A DNA stretch of 64,000 bases, taken from assembly GCF_052425735.1 (NCBI RefSeq), contig NC_135763.1, positions 38,316,001-38,380,000 on the forward strand, read 5' to 3'. Numbering within the stretch: the first letter of the stretch is position 1; every line of letters starts with the position of its first letter. This document shows positions 47,901 through 62,900 of this stretch, piece after piece. This DNA is from Oculina patagonica (Eukaryota). A program made the position numbers and the translations under genes. The notes beneath the pieces are model-generated. The model was not told the DNA's origin and did no database searches. It worked only from the letters and a program-made list of their open reading frames with translations.

Positions 47901-50900
47901 ATACCCATATAGAACTAGCACAGAAATAGGAAAACCATTTGTTTGAGTTTTCGTGGTCATCGTGGCTAGCGGCATGGATCACAGGCGCGTGCGCTCTCCG
48001 ACGTTGCGCAACATGGGGGCTAAACTCCAGAAATAGGTTAAGGTGAACGTGAACGTTAACATCAGCTTACATCTTTGATATTGGACATGCATGTTATGGT
48101 CAATTGACAGCTGTCAAAACAAGGTATCTCCTGACCAGTATCACATAATTGTATCCCGGGCTCAGGTGTAGAACTGATTGAGATCACATGTTTTTTTAAA
48201 GTTTACTGCTGACCAGGTAATGGTTTCCATTGGACCGCAGGCTCTAGTCCTAATTTTTTCCATCTATGGTCAGTAAATTGAGATTTGAATTAAGGGTAAA
48301 GTAAATAACCAGGGAGCTCCGCTTTTAGGCTTGGTTAAATCTATTTTAATTAATAAATATCGAAGAAATCAAACATGCCACACTAAAGAAACCATCCATC
48401 AAGTGACATGGCCCAAAAAGTAGCGACAGCACCAAGAATGAAATCGTGACATAAGAAAACCCTTCTCACCAAAATTCTAACAGCGAAGTCAAGCAACTTA
48501 AAGTATGATAAAATACCGAGATTTGGTATTTTCAAATTCAGACAAGCAACATGGGAACCTCCCCATGCAGATTGGATCAATCTTTATATTAACAAAAAAT
48601 AAAAAATTAACATTAAACTGATTTCATTTTTTATTTTCTAGGGCATCACTATACAGACTGAAGGCTTATCACTCCAAACTGTGTGCAGAAATTGATGCTG
48701 AAAAAGATGTGGAAAAAGAAATTTCACACAGGCTTGAAGAGGCAGAGTAAGGAGACTGTGATAATTAGACTTCCATTTTACAGATGGCGTGTTACAATAT
48801 CTGGTTAAAGTTATCAAGATCCTTCTTCATGGAAGACATTGTTCTCAGTAATATTGTTCAAAATTAAAACGCTGACAGAATTAATAGGGAAAACCTCAGA
48901 TTTTGGGGGGAATTATAGGGAGGGAAGGGTAATCCATGCTAGAGGTAGGCAGAAGGTACTGACAGGTTCTACTGGAACCTTAATTAATTGTGAAAATTGC
49001 AATTAGTAAAATGAGTATCAGTAGTTTTGTGTTCCTATTTATGGCTTCACCTTGTTACATTGTGTTTCTATAGGTTTGCTCTTGCACAAGCCACAATCGA
49101 GCAAGGCAAATTCCTTCTTGCTGGAAAAGAACTTGAAAAAGAGGAGAAACTTGTGGAGAAACAAAAAGCTGAGTGGTCTGCTGTTCGTCTGCGAAAGGAA
49201 AACATGAGCGCAGCAGTGGCTGAGAGGAAAAGGAGACTGAGAGAGAAGTAATCTACTAAATAAACTTTATATTCCCAAGTTCAAAATCTTAACTCTCATT
49301 ACACATTGACATACATTTCTTTTAATTCAAGTTCTGAGAATTTAGTGAATCTGCTGATATTGTATTGAGAATGAGATGTTGGTTATCTTGGGAATGAAAA
49401 GAATTTAAATTAACTTTGACAATTGCACTTTAGTGTAGAATTCCTGGGAGGCGCGGTGTCCTAAAGGTTAGCGCGCTTGACTCCAAGTCAAACGGCCCGG
49501 GTGCGAGGCTTGGCCGGGGCGCTGCGTTGTGTTCTTGGGCAAGGCACTTTACTCTCACAGTGCCTCTCTCCACCCAGGTGTATAAATGGGTACCGGCGAG
49601 TTTACTGCTGGGGGTAACCCTGCAATGGACTAGCATCCCATCCAGGGGGGAGTGGCAATACTCCTAGTCGCTTAATGCTACAGAAACCGGGATAAGCTTC
49701 GGCTGTATGAGCCTCATGGCTCGGACACAGACTTTACCTACCTAGAAATTCTTACTACTATAAGAACAACATTGATTTTAATACACATAACTGAGGCCGT
49801 AAAATATAGAAGAATGTTTTCATTCCAAGTCATTAGCATGGATTTGCTACTCTCTAAATCCAAATGTTTAAATAAAGTTTATTTATTGATTGATATTGAT
49901 TGACAGAGAACATAAATCTGCCCTAAGAGAGAGAGAAAGAAAACACAGACAGGCTATAGCTGCAGCCAAACGTAACAGAGAGCAGGCATCCAAGTTCCTC
50001 AAAGAGACAATGTCCAGGTAGATGTGACTTATCATGTTAAGTAGCAGGACATCTTTTGTTTAAACCCAGCAACTACTCTTTTTTTCGACTATTTTGCTTG
50101 TTTACAAGCAGAAGTAGGAGATTAGGAGTGATGTGGGCAAAATTTGGAACATTCTTGTCTACTCTCAAGGGACTTTTTTAATTTCTCAAGGGACTGTTTT
50201 AATTTCTCAAGGGAGTTCTTTCCGCTTAGTGGGCGATGAAAGGGTCTCTTATTATTATTGCGTCAACACTTCCGATCTTGTGTTAAAGACGTGACTTGTC
50301 ACATATTCCGCTGTAGGTGATGAAAGGGTCTCTCATTAGTATTGCGTCAACAATTGCGATCTCATGTTAAAAACGTGACTTGTCACATGTATAAACGTTA
50401 TATAACAGTTATTTTTATGCGTGAGTATCTCAAATGAGATATGACACAACTAATCGAGAATGTGAGTGGTTCAGTGTTTCACAGTCTAAAGCGTTGTACT
50501 AGTACAAGCGTCTCACTCACTGAAGCCGGGCGCTAATATTTAACCTAAAATGATTAAGAACGGAAATTATCTTTTCTTTCACAAACTATTCGTCGAATAC
50601 ACTCCCTTTGTTCGTCTTTAAATGTTTTGTGAACAAAACTCTTGAGAGATTTTCTAAAACCTAGAAGAACTCGCTTTCTACTTCATTCCGCTCAACCTGC
50701 GCTCAACACCCGCCATGATAACAATTGTTTTTGTCTACGTGCGATATTTTTGGACCGGAAATTAGACTTGAACTCCATTAGCCGCTGTGGGTGATGAAAG
50801 GGTATCTCATTAGTATTGCGTCAACACTTGCTATCTCGTGTTAAAAACGTGACTTGTCACATGTATAAACGTTATATAACAATTATTTTTATGCGTGAGT

Positions 50901-53900
50901 ATCTCAAATCCGATATGACACAACTAAGGATTTGTTTTCGCGACAATCGATTGCGTTAGTCACGCTTAACACGAGTGAATAATCATTTATTCGCGTTCTC
51001 AATTCAAGGGATTTCTTTTCGGTGTGGGTGAACAATGCGTCAGTCAACACTTGAAGGCAACGTATAAGTCGCGCTAATATTTAACCTAAAGGATTTGTTT
51101 TCGCGACAATCGATTGCGTTAGTCACGCTAAACACGAGTAAATAATCATTCGCGTTCTCAATTCAAGGGATTTCTTTTCGGTGTGGGTGAACAAAGCGTC
51201 AGCCAACACTTGAAGGCAATGTATAAGTCTTTCACAGACTAAAGCGACGCTAATATGTAACCAAGAACGTAAGAACGCAAGTTTGGACTGGTACAAGCGT
51301 CTAACACACTAAAGGAGCGCTAATATTTAACCTAAAACGATTAAGAATGCAAATTTGTACTTTTACAAGTCTTTCACATTCGCGACAATCGATTGCGTTA
51401 GTCTCGCTAAACACGAGTAAATAATCATTTATTCGCGTTCTTCTTACACCGAGGATGAGGCAACATGCTTGTCCCAACTTTCAAGAAACCCTTTTCAGCG
51501 ATAATATGTATTTATTTTAAAATTCCGCCGTAGCACGGAAAAATGAATGTTTCGCACATTTTATCGGGCAAAAGACGAGAAAAATACGCATAAGACTCAC
51601 ATTACGAGCTGATCGGATGGTTTTTAAAATTGATTTCTGCAAAGGCTGATTTTGTGTAAGGCTCAGGTCAGTCATTTAAAGGTCGTAGTTTTCGTCACTG
51701 GCACGATCGTCTGGCGTCTTTGGTGGTGTGATGTAATACTCTTCGACACCACTGGTGATAGATCACGCTCTTACCGAATCCCATCGGAAGCACCGCCAAA
51801 TCATCTTTTCTTTCACAAACTATTCGTCGAATACACTCCCTTTGTTCGTCTTTAAATGTTTTGTGAACAAAACTCTTGAGAGATTTTCTAAAACCTAGAA
51901 GAACTCGCTTTCTACTTCATTCCGCTCAACCTGCGCTCAACACCCGCCATGATAACAATTTTTGTCTACGTGCGATATTTTTGGACCGGAAATTAGACTT
52001 GAACTCCATTAGCCGCTGTGGGTGATGAAAGGGTATCTCATTAGTATTGCGTCAACACTTGCTATCTCGTGTTAAAAACGTGACTTGTCACATGTATAAA
52101 CGTTATATAACAATTATTTTTATGCGTGAGTATCTCAAATCAGATATTTTCGCGACAATCGATTGCGTTAGTCACGCTTAACACGAGTGAATAATCATTT
52201 ATTCGCGTTCTCAATTCAAGGGATTTCTTTTCGGTGTGGGTGAACAATGCGTCAGTCAACACTTGAAGGCAACGTATAAGTCGTGCTAATATTTAACCTA
52301 AAGGATTTGTTTTCGCGACAATCGATTGCGTTAGTCACGCTAAACACGAGTAAATAATCATTCGCGTTCTCAATTCAAGGGATTTCTTTTCGGTGTGGGT
52401 GAACAAAGCGTCAGCCAACACTTGAAGGCAATGTATAAGTCTTTCACAGACTAAAGCGACGCTAATATGTAACCAAGAACGTAAGAACGCAAGTTTGGAC
52501 TGGTACAAGCGTCTAACACACTAAAGGAGCGCTAATATTTAACCTAAAACGATTAAGAACGCAAATTTGTACTTTTGCAAGTCTTTCACATTCGCGACAA
52601 TCGATTGCGTTAGTCTCGCTAAACACGAGTAAATAATCATTTATTCGCGTTCTCAATTCTAGGGATTTCTTTTCGGTGTGGGCCGGGGGTGTGGGTATAT
52701 ATGAAGAATGTATTGAACCGCTGAACTGTTTGTTTGCTTTAGTAGGCCGGAATAAGCGTATACGCGACACGAGTACTACAGTATATTCAATGTGTTTTCG
52801 ATTGGGTTTTCTTTGGCTCCTTAATTTGCGGTTGAGTTTTGTAAACAGCGCGTTGTTGACTTCTAGGTTTCAGTTTTAATTTAGAATGTGATGTGGAAGT
52901 GTAAAGTATTCAGGTAAGCTAAGTTATTTTCAAGACTTCCACTCCTAAACAACATGAAAAGCGTCTTTCACCCTTTAGCAAAACACTACTCCATACCACA
53001 ATTGACAGCCAACAGATAGACCATAGCAAAATAGTCGTAGTCTCATAGAGACCTTTGATTTAATTTCTTTACCAGCCTCAAGAACTAATTCACATTCCTG
53101 GATAACATTTAGAGACCATTATTCGCAATATGAAAAAAAATTGAGTTTGCCAAATCCTACTGGTAATTGAAAATAGTGTTGAGCACTTTTAAGTTTGACC
53201 TTTTGTCAAATGCTTTGAATTACAGAGTTCGTCAGAAGGAAGCTGAAGAAGAGGAGCGATCCCGTGAATACATGGAAGACAGAATGCAGGCCATAATGAG
53301 CCTTAAAGGCAACATTGAGACAAATAAGGTAGGATTGCTATTTCTGTAGTAAATAAAAACTACCTTTCTTCAACTGGTGGACACTCAGGCAAGTTGGCCC
53401 AAAGAATGTGATGTCATTGCATTCTATTCATTCCATCTAAAAAACATTGTGAGATTTGAGACAAAAAATCCTCTCCTGATGGCGTAACACCACAGAGATC
53501 TAGATAGTGCCTCTGATTTGTTGTTATGCAGTGATGAGTTTTTGGTTCCATTAACAAACAACCAGAGACACAGTGTGCGGCTACATCATCAGATCATCAG
53601 TATTGAATCATTTTTTGTTTGAATCAAAACATTGTTCTTGCAAGGGATTGAATGGGTATGTAATTAAAGGGATCTAGTAACATCTTGATAATTTTTTTGT
53701 TAGGAAAATCTCCGAGCCCTGCAAGCACGTGATACTAAATTAAGACTTGAAAAAGATGAGGAAGAACTGAAGGAAAGACAAGAGATCCTAGCACAGGGGT
53801 TAAACCCTGATGAAGAACTAACACGAAGAAAGAGGATCAGACAGTTTGAGAAGGATAAAGAGTAAGTACAGCACTAGAAAAACTGCAAGTTAACACTAAT

Positions 53901-56900
53901 GTGAAAAAATGGGAAATAAAGACCTGTGGCTTGTCAGTGATACTTTTGTGTCACTTAATTTTATCATGGATGCCTTTTTCTATGCACCTGAACAAATTTC
54001 TAATAAATACATTTAATTAATCTTTTTGTTCTCTGTAGAGCATATGAAAGGAGGCAGAGAGAGCGGCAGGTAACAAAACGTCTTGTACTATCTGGTTCAT
54101 ACTTTTACTATTCCAGATGATTTTTGTTCATTGCTCAAGTGCTATCATTATTTCTTTTAGTTAATATTTCCTCCTTACACAATCAGCTGAATTTTTAATT
54201 TAAAGGTTGAAATTGTGGACAACATATTAAAGGAAGAAAAGCAGATGAAGAAACGTTATCAGCAGCAACCACAGCTGTGGCCCGAAAAGCAAAGGGAAAG
54301 AGTCAAGGTACTGTGACACCTGCAGTATATCACTTAAGGAAAGGGTAAGGGTACTGTGACACTGTGACACCTGCAGTATATCACTTAAGGAAAGGGTAAG
54401 GGTACTGTGACTGTGACACCTGCAGTATATCACTTAAGGAAAGGGTAAGGGTACGTGACACCTGCAGAAACGGAAGGGAAGGGACGGACACCGAGAAAAG
54501 GAAAGGGAAGGGACGTGACACGCAGAAAAAGGAAGGGAAGGGAGGACGGACACCGCGAATCACAAGGAAAGGGAGGACGGACACGAGAAAAGGAAAGGGA
54601 GGGAGGACACAGAAAAGGAAGGGAAGGAGTGACACGCAGAACAGGAAAGGGAAGGACGGACACGAGAAGGAAAGGGGACTGTGACACCTGCAGTATATCA
54701 CTTAAGGAAAGGGTAAGGGTACTGTGACACCTGCAGTATATCACTTAAGGAAAGGGTAAGGGTACTGTGACACTGTGACACCTGCAGTATATCACTTAAG
54801 GAAAGGGTAAGGGTACTGTGACACCTGCAGTATATCACTTAAGGAAAGGGTAAGGGTACTGTGACACCTGCAGTATATCACTTAAGGAAAGGGTAAGGGT
54901 ACTGTGACACCTGCAGTATATCACTTAAGGAAAGGGTAAGGGTACTGTGACACTGTGACACCTGCAGTATATCACTTAAGGAAAGGGTAAGGGTACTGTG
55001 ACACTGTGACACCTGCAGTATATCACTTAAGGAAAGGGTAAGGGTACTGTGACACTGTGACACCTGCAGTATATCACTTAAGGAAAGTATTGGGGTCAGT
55101 ACTGTGACACTTTGATTTGTATGTCCTATCACATACAGTAATGCATAGTTAGTTTGTCAGAGGACCCGGCTGCCAAAAGCCAATTATTTACTGTAAAAAG
55201 TCTTCTTTGTTGCAGAGAATCAATAGAAGACGTCCTAAACCAAAGTTTTTCAAATCTACAAGTGGATCATCTTCTGTTGAATACAGTGCTGATGTGGAAG
55301 ACACTGGGGTGAGTTTAACATTTTATGTAGAGTTCTCTTTTTGTCTTGCTAACATGTATCCATAAATTGTGAAGAGTTATGGTCAATAATTTTTAAAAGT
55401 TGTCTACAATGTGAATCCATTTCTTTCAGGGTCAACACACACCAGGAAAACTTGGTGCAGTGTCTTCAGAGGATGATGAAGACGATTTTTCTCCTTATGG
55501 AGAAACAAGTCGAGATGAAGCTAAGGAAGGGTGAGTACATTTTAATATCCTTGATATTTATATCCTTATGAGTGGCTCACTTGTTTGTTTGTTCTGTTCA
55601 GTGACTCAGATGCTGAAGGAGAAGACTTGGCTCAACCTGAATTCAGAGGACTGTGGGAAGAAGGCGTTCACAAGGTGGGTTTTGGTTATTTAATAAAAAG
55701 AAGCTGCTCTATGAATTATGTGCTAAATTAATACAAATATCCCCCAATATCCACAGATAAACAGGTTAGTTGTAGGCCTCTCAGGGCCTGTTTACATGGA
55801 AAGCAGGTGCCCCGGCTAACCGAGTTACCTGGCTAACCGAGCTACTTTGGGCGAGCCAACTTTTCACACGTTTCTTTAGAAAACACATTGAAGCGTTTAC
55901 ATGCTAGACAGGAAACCCGCCTTGCCAGGGCACTCGGTCTACTTGCCCGGGGCACCCTTCTAGGCGGGATAACTTTTTGCCATGTAAACGGTTATGTCCG
56001 GGCTATCCCATCTTGTCGGGATAAGACTCCGTGCGTGTTCTTAAATTAACTTTGAAGTTAATGACATAAAATGTATAAATTCGGGACCTAAACAGTGCTG
56101 TTTGACCAAAATTAGATCGAGTTTGTTTTAATTATTTGTAGGCTGGAAAATATTTCTTTGAGCAACAGCTATTATTAATTCAAAATTTTCGTAGGAATGA
56201 TTATCCTAATTCACGAAACAACAAATTTAATTTCAATTTGGCGACCAAAGACTGTTGAATTTTGATTGAATTTCCCCCAAAATGGACGCAGTAAATTTCT
56301 AAGAGCTCGCACATCGAAGTAAAATAGGTTTTAAGGTGGCTAGGCTTGATTATTTAGTAAAAAGTCATATTTTTCTTCAATCGTTTGAAGCTACATGGTT
56401 TTCTCATGCTGTGACACGCTTCAATGACTCTGTCTCAACTTGGGTAGAAGGGTTGTGAATTCTGCATGTAAAGGCAGCCGGGTAACTTGGTTAGCCAGGG
56501 CGCCCTCCCTCCATGTAAACAGGCCTCTAAGTCCTCCTGGCAATGCACAACAAACTGTTTAAATCTGTTTTTTGTCATGTTAATGTGTAGTATGTGCTTA
56601 CTAATCATTTGTATACAGCGATACCACACTCAAATTTCCATGACTATGTATTTGAGCTCATCTGAAGGAATTGTCACATACAGCACATGATTCAAGAAGT
56701 ATCCTAACAATGTCCCTGATCAGTGAAAGCAATCATTATTGGCACTCATAACAAAAGAAACCCTTAACTATCCTATCCCCAGCCCTGACCCTTGACACTG
56801 CTGTTGACCAAGTGAAATGGAGCCTATAAAGACATTTTTTGTAATTTATTTCATTTTGTTTTGCCAGGCATCTGAGAAAAAAGAGCACAAGTTTAAATTT

Positions 56901-59900
56901 GCAACTCACATTCCTAGTAAAATGGAGCAGGTAATATCATCAATACATGTTCAGTTGAAATCAAACTTTACTTTTATACTCCCTGACTTCTCTAACAGAG
57001 CTGTAATTTTCTGTCAGTATTTTCACAAGTTTTTACACGCCAACAAATCCTTCATAATGATTTCTGGAAGATAGCCTGTTCCAGGCACTCAGTTAGGTGG
57101 AGAGCAGCACAAAAAACGGCAAATGATAAAAAGACAAGGGTTATTACGAGAGACACGGCTCTTGTCCCAAACCCATGGCCATTTTTCAGGATTATTCCGT
57201 TTTTGCACTGCTTTCCAACTAATCGAAAGGCTGGAGCAGGTTACCTTGAAAACAGTCTTAAAAGTCAACACAAATACTCACATTTCTAGTGAGCGATGTG
57301 GTTGCCATTAGTTTTAGTCTGTTAACGGTCAACATTTCTCTCACTTATGTTAAGAAATCTGTCGGTAATTATCTAACCAGACGGGACTTGTGCTGAAATG
57401 TTAAACTTCATGTTGCAGGAAATGATGGAAAGAGCTCTCATAAAGCAAAGAGCTGGAATTGTTCAGAAACAAGTTGCTGCTGGACGAGAATTTAAGGTAA
57501 ATACACAAACACGGCTTTAGTTGGTTTTAGATTTATGTGTTCGTTTTTTATTGTTCGCATATTTGTTTATTGCATAGTTACTTCATCCCTGTTGTCTTCT
57601 GTTCATTGTAGGGTTGTGCATTTTACAGTAAGCCTGAAGTCATTGTGTTCAAGGTATGTGAGGATGAAGGTTAACTTTCATTTCCTTTTATAAGAATTAT
57701 CTATTTGACCATTTATTCAATGACTGTTTTATATTTTTGCAGGACTTTGATGTTGGGAAATCCTACAAGAAGAAAATCCTCTTAACAAACATCTCGTACA
57801 CTCAGAACTTCTGTAAATATGTAGGAATGTCTCACATTCTGAAGGACTTTATTGAAGTGTTGTAAGTAAACATCCAGTATATTATAATTATTTCAATAAG
57901 CAACTGTTTATTTATCTGCAGTAACTCCATCTTGACTCTCAGATGAATATTTATTTTGTCTTTGTTTTTTAACAGTTTTGATCCCCCTGGCGTCATGTCT
58001 GCTGGGCTGACATGTGATTTTGTAGTGACGTTTAAACCCATGGTGAGTTAGAAACTATTAGCATTATATCTGTTACAGTCTACTCTCTCTTAACGGACAC
58101 CTCCATAAGACGGACAACCGGTTGTTGTTCCCGCCCTTGCCGTTTTTTAGTCATTTTACAGTAAGTTAACTCCCTATAAGACGGACACTTCTCTAAGACG
58201 GATAGCTGGAGCCGGTCCCGACGGTGTCCATTTTAGGGAGAGTTGACTGTATTACAACAAGACGGTCAGTTTGTGGAAGATGGCCTAAAGGTATTTGAAG
58301 CGTTCATGAATGTCAAGCTGCCATTATTTACAATGGTCTCTGAAAAGTTTGAAAGATTTTCTGAATATGAAGTGTCTTGATTAAAGACCAACAAACTTAG
58401 GTTCATTCAACTGACATTTCAACAAGGCGAACATGTCTGCAAATAACATTATCAATGTCTTCACTATGTATTGTGTCTCTTAATGGTCTTTTGTGATTTG
58501 TAAGAAGTCTTTGTAAACTAGCTGTAGTTTTTGTAATAAATATAAATTAAACATGAAATGTTTATTGTGTTTCTTTACAGTTAAATGAAGACTTGGTTGG
58601 TCACATAGATTTCCTTGCACAGACAGGACCCTTTTCAGTTCCGATAAGATGCGTGACAAAGAAATGTCAGGTGACCACGAAATTTCTCTACGCATTCTTG
58701 GACGAATTTCCCAGAGAAACAAAGAAGATTATCAACTAGGGGACACTGTCTTGATGAACTACCAAATTCTTAAAACTAACATGAAAAGAAACGTATTGCA
58801 TTCATTATGAGAACTTTTACTCTGAGCTCCGTACTGACAGGGTCAACTGTCTTTGTTTACCTTAGATCTCAGCTGATGTCACTGAAGTTGAGTTTGGCAG
58901 TCAAGTTCTGGGAGAAACCAGAAAACGAATCATAAATGTCACAAATAACGGAGCACTTGGAACACAGTTCATATTCAGAAGAATAACAGGTATTGGTTTC
59001 ATTTCTATTTCTAAGCAATCGGCCGAGCGCTCAGCGATTACTTTCTCAATTATTATACAGCACAAATTTTTAAAACAAAATTAGAAGTTAGGAAGTCTGT
59101 GAAAACAATTTTTACTTGAAACGTCCTATTAACAAACAGCAGATGTACGCTCAAAAAGCATAGGAGTCCAGTTTCAACGAGTTGTAATTGGGCTCCTGTA
59201 ATTGATTACTCACGAGATCGCCCTTCAATTCTGTAACAAAGAGGTGTGCAAAAAATATCAGAACCAAGAATTTTGTTATTTAGACAATAATTTCTCCGTT
59301 GACACTTAATAAGGTCACTCCTGCCATAATGGGAAACTTTCTCCTCGTAATAAACTTTCTCAATTCTTCAGGTTTGGCAAGATCACTCTCGTCTTCAGAA
59401 CTAAGCTCTATTGGAGGAATGGTAAATATATTGTCATTGTTAAGTGTTTTTGGAGACTTGTTTAGTTATATGACTTTGTATCCAGAGGTCCGGGTTCACA
59501 TCTGGCCTGGGTAAGACAATTTATGCTGACACGGCTTCTCTACAGCGAGAAGTATAAATGGATACCGAATAAATGCCAGGGGAACCTTACACAATTCTGG
59601 AGGGTAGCTATGGACTAACATAGCAATCAAGGCGGATTTTCAATCTTTCAGGAGGAACCATAGTTGCCTTATGCTATAGAAACCGGAATTAAAACTTAAA
59701 AACACTTATATCCAGTTAATTCTTGAACTGTCCACCTAGACTGTGACTGATGAAAATGTGGCTCTGCAAGATTCCAACCAAAATGGTCAACAACAGATTC
59801 CCGAGGGGATGGTAGAGGACGTGAAAGAATCTCAGGGGGGTGGTGTACCAGCAACATCTGGAGATCCAGATCAACAAGGTAATAATATCGTAAGCTCTGT

Positions 59901-62900
59901 AATAACGTTCATTGTATAAATCACTTTCTTCTTTTTTTCTAAAGGAACGACTGTTAATATTTTGTTTGTTTCATGCTACAGAAGGTGACGCTGCAGACAA
60001 GGCCCCAGAGGCCAGAACTGGAAGTGCAGTAAAGTTTGAGGAGGGCTTGGGAGCTACTGAGGACGATGTTCCTGCTGCAGCAGAGGAGACTGGGGAACAG
60101 CCAGATGGTTTGCATTAAATTAATGTAGCTTTATCCTAAAACTCAAATTAATCAACACAATAGTTTAGGGCGTGCGAGAGAAGGACGATTAAAGAAATCA
60201 GATTGCATGTTCAGCAAGACTTTATGTGTAAGAATTTATAATTGACCTGTTTCGTTACCTTTGCTATCACACTTCTTTACTCTGTATATCACATCTTATT
60301 CAAGGGGAAACGTCTATCGACAGACACAACCCTCCAAGTTAAGACCATTTAGTCACCAGGCGACAAAATTTTGGAGCGGGACAAATTGGAACGAAGCGCC
60401 AACCTGGCGAAAAACGAGAAGAAGGAGAAAGAGGAACAAAGCGACAAAAACACTGGCGACCAAACGGAGGGGGCGGATAAAGTAAAAAAATAAACTTGGA
60501 GGGTTGAGACATGTAATGTGTTGAATGCCCTGAAATTCAGATTGATGATATGATTAAAGGGGTTACTGATGCGTTTGTTTTTGTTGTATTTCAGTTGATC
60601 TTGCATCAGCTGCAGTTCCTCAGACTGCCTCCTCGCCAGTTCCAACAGAGGTCTCCATACTGGAAGGTCTTAGAGTGGGAAAGGCGAGTACTTGCAATTT
60701 AAAATCTATCCCTCGTTGATTTTCTATCACTGACCAGAGATCAACGGGAATTAAGGTGAATCAGTGTTAATTTTTCTTTCTGTGTTCATGCTGCTCATCT
60801 GTGTTTTTATTTTATTCACAGCTTGCCTCTGGAGATATTGAACCATTTTCTTTAGTCCAGTTAGAGGTGATATTTAATCCCACAAAGCCAGGAAATGCTC
60901 TTGCTGAATTTGAGATCTCTTTTTCCGATCCTCTCTCGCCTCCTGTAGTATAGATTAGTTTTTATTATAACCCTCTCTTTTTTGTTGGCCCCCATTTAGA
61001 AAATTAAAACCAAAAAAAAAAAGTTTTTTTAAAATTTTTAAAAGTCATTTTTATTGTTATGTTCATTCTGTCACAGAGGGCAATTACTTTTTTTCCGATT
61101 TCCCAGTACATTTGGGTCCCATTGTTTATGGTTTATGCTTTTCATGGGCCAACGTCTCTTCAATTAGGTATATGTTCTCTTTTGTTATAATTTCTGTGTT
61201 TGCTTAATTTTTTGCGATCGGAACAAAGAATTTGTATTTTGTAATTGGGAAGATGTTGCCTCGCACTTATATACGTGGGGCGAGACTCCAGAATTTCACA
61301 AAAGAGAAGACGAGTCCGCCTTTGCAAATAACGATCTAGCCAAGATATCGAGATCCAAGTGTTTTAAGGAAATAAAACCTGCTTCAAACAAGTGTATTAT
61401 TTCTTTCCTTTAATGCACAGATAATGATCAGAGCGAGAGGAACAGGAATTGATGTACCCGTGTGGGTGGAGAGAGAAGTACAGTGCTTGTCACTTGTTAA
61501 AATGACAAAATCACATTGACTCCACGTTTTTTTTTTCTTGTTTTTTTCAGCTTTACCGTGAAGTTAGAATTTACCCTTGACATTATTTTGTTTGTTCATT
61601 ACAGGAAGTGGATTTGAAGATGTGTATGTACGACCGGCTGTATCAAGATGCAATTCTAGTCAACAACAGGTAAATAACTGTGTTATTTTGCTTATTTTAG
61701 TTCGACAGAATGGAAGAGGAGCAACGGTCTAATGGTTACTTTGTGCGCCGGGCCCCGGATCGAGCAGCACTTTTCTATCAGAGAATCTCTCTCTCGACCC
61801 AGACGTATATTAAAATAGGAAGGAAAAACCGGAAAATAGGTTCTGTAATTAACCTGCGTTGGACTACATGCCATCCAGTAAAATCATCATTGCTACTACT
61901 GGCACCTTCGGAAACCGGAGCAACTATGTTTTGATAAATGGATTAGTAACTGGACTCTTTCATAACTTATGCTCTTTGGATTAATGTTTTGTTATCTTTA
62001 CTTTCAGAGCCACGTCAGCTCTCAGACTAAAGTTTGAAGTTTGTAAGGAGCTCAGGAGTCACTTGGAACTGTTACCCAAGACTGCTTACATACAGGCTAT
62101 GTCCCAGTTCTCCGCGCAACTCAAGTTCCTTCCCAGGTAAGAAGGCTCCTTTCTGAGCTTCTTGACCTGCCACGATTTTGGGCACGCCGAGGTGACCTTG
62201 TGTCCTTCTTCTCTCCATACACCTTAAGCTTACCCAGGTCTTACGGCATGTCCTTGAGTAATTACTGATATTTGCTTTACTGTATTTCAGGCAAACCTTG
62301 CCGGATGATTGCCCTACTTACTTTGACAAAGAGACAAGGTTACTTGAGGCACCTATGGTAATAAGAGTCGCAGATCAGGTATGCTCACCCTCAATACAAT
62401 ACAATCAATACAATACTTTAATTTGACACTCCCCTCCCCTCCCCTCCCTAACAGTTTGATCACTAGGTTTGGCCAGCCTATCCTACATTTAGCGGTGACA
62501 AACGCAATGTCCGGATAATACAGCAACAAAGATCTCATATCGGAAAATGTGCTCGATTCTTAGAGCGCGTCACGCAATCTTTTCTTCCTCTAGAGAATGC
62601 GCAATGCGCTCAGAGAATTTCTGCTTACAGGAGGCTAGAAATGTGCGGTAGAATGTTTATTGTAGCTCTGCACGGTTTAAAAGCATAGCTTGTAGTGGAA
62701 ATGGCTGTGCGATGTTTCGTGACTCTATACATTATGTATAACGTTAACTTACTTTATGTGTGAGATTTCGTGACTAAACTATGTTAGGTTTCGTGACTTT
62801 GTACTTGATGTGTGAGATTTCGTGACTGTGTATTTTGTGTGTGAGATTTCGCGATGGCATGTACTTTATTGGAGATGCCATAACTGTAATTGATGTGACC

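Noticed and set aside
49446-49520. tRNA gene (also at ~9290-9356)
   Set aside because: A tRNA-derived SINE head followed by SINE body and tail; no proper cloverleaf.
54308-55110. Possible CRISPR-like array
   Set aside because: No unique spacers and no cas genes; a eukaryotic intronic minisatellite.
60261-60485. Lys/Glu-rich extra CFAP74 exon
   Set aside because: Lies within a TSD-flanked MITE; the neighbouring exons join in phase without it.
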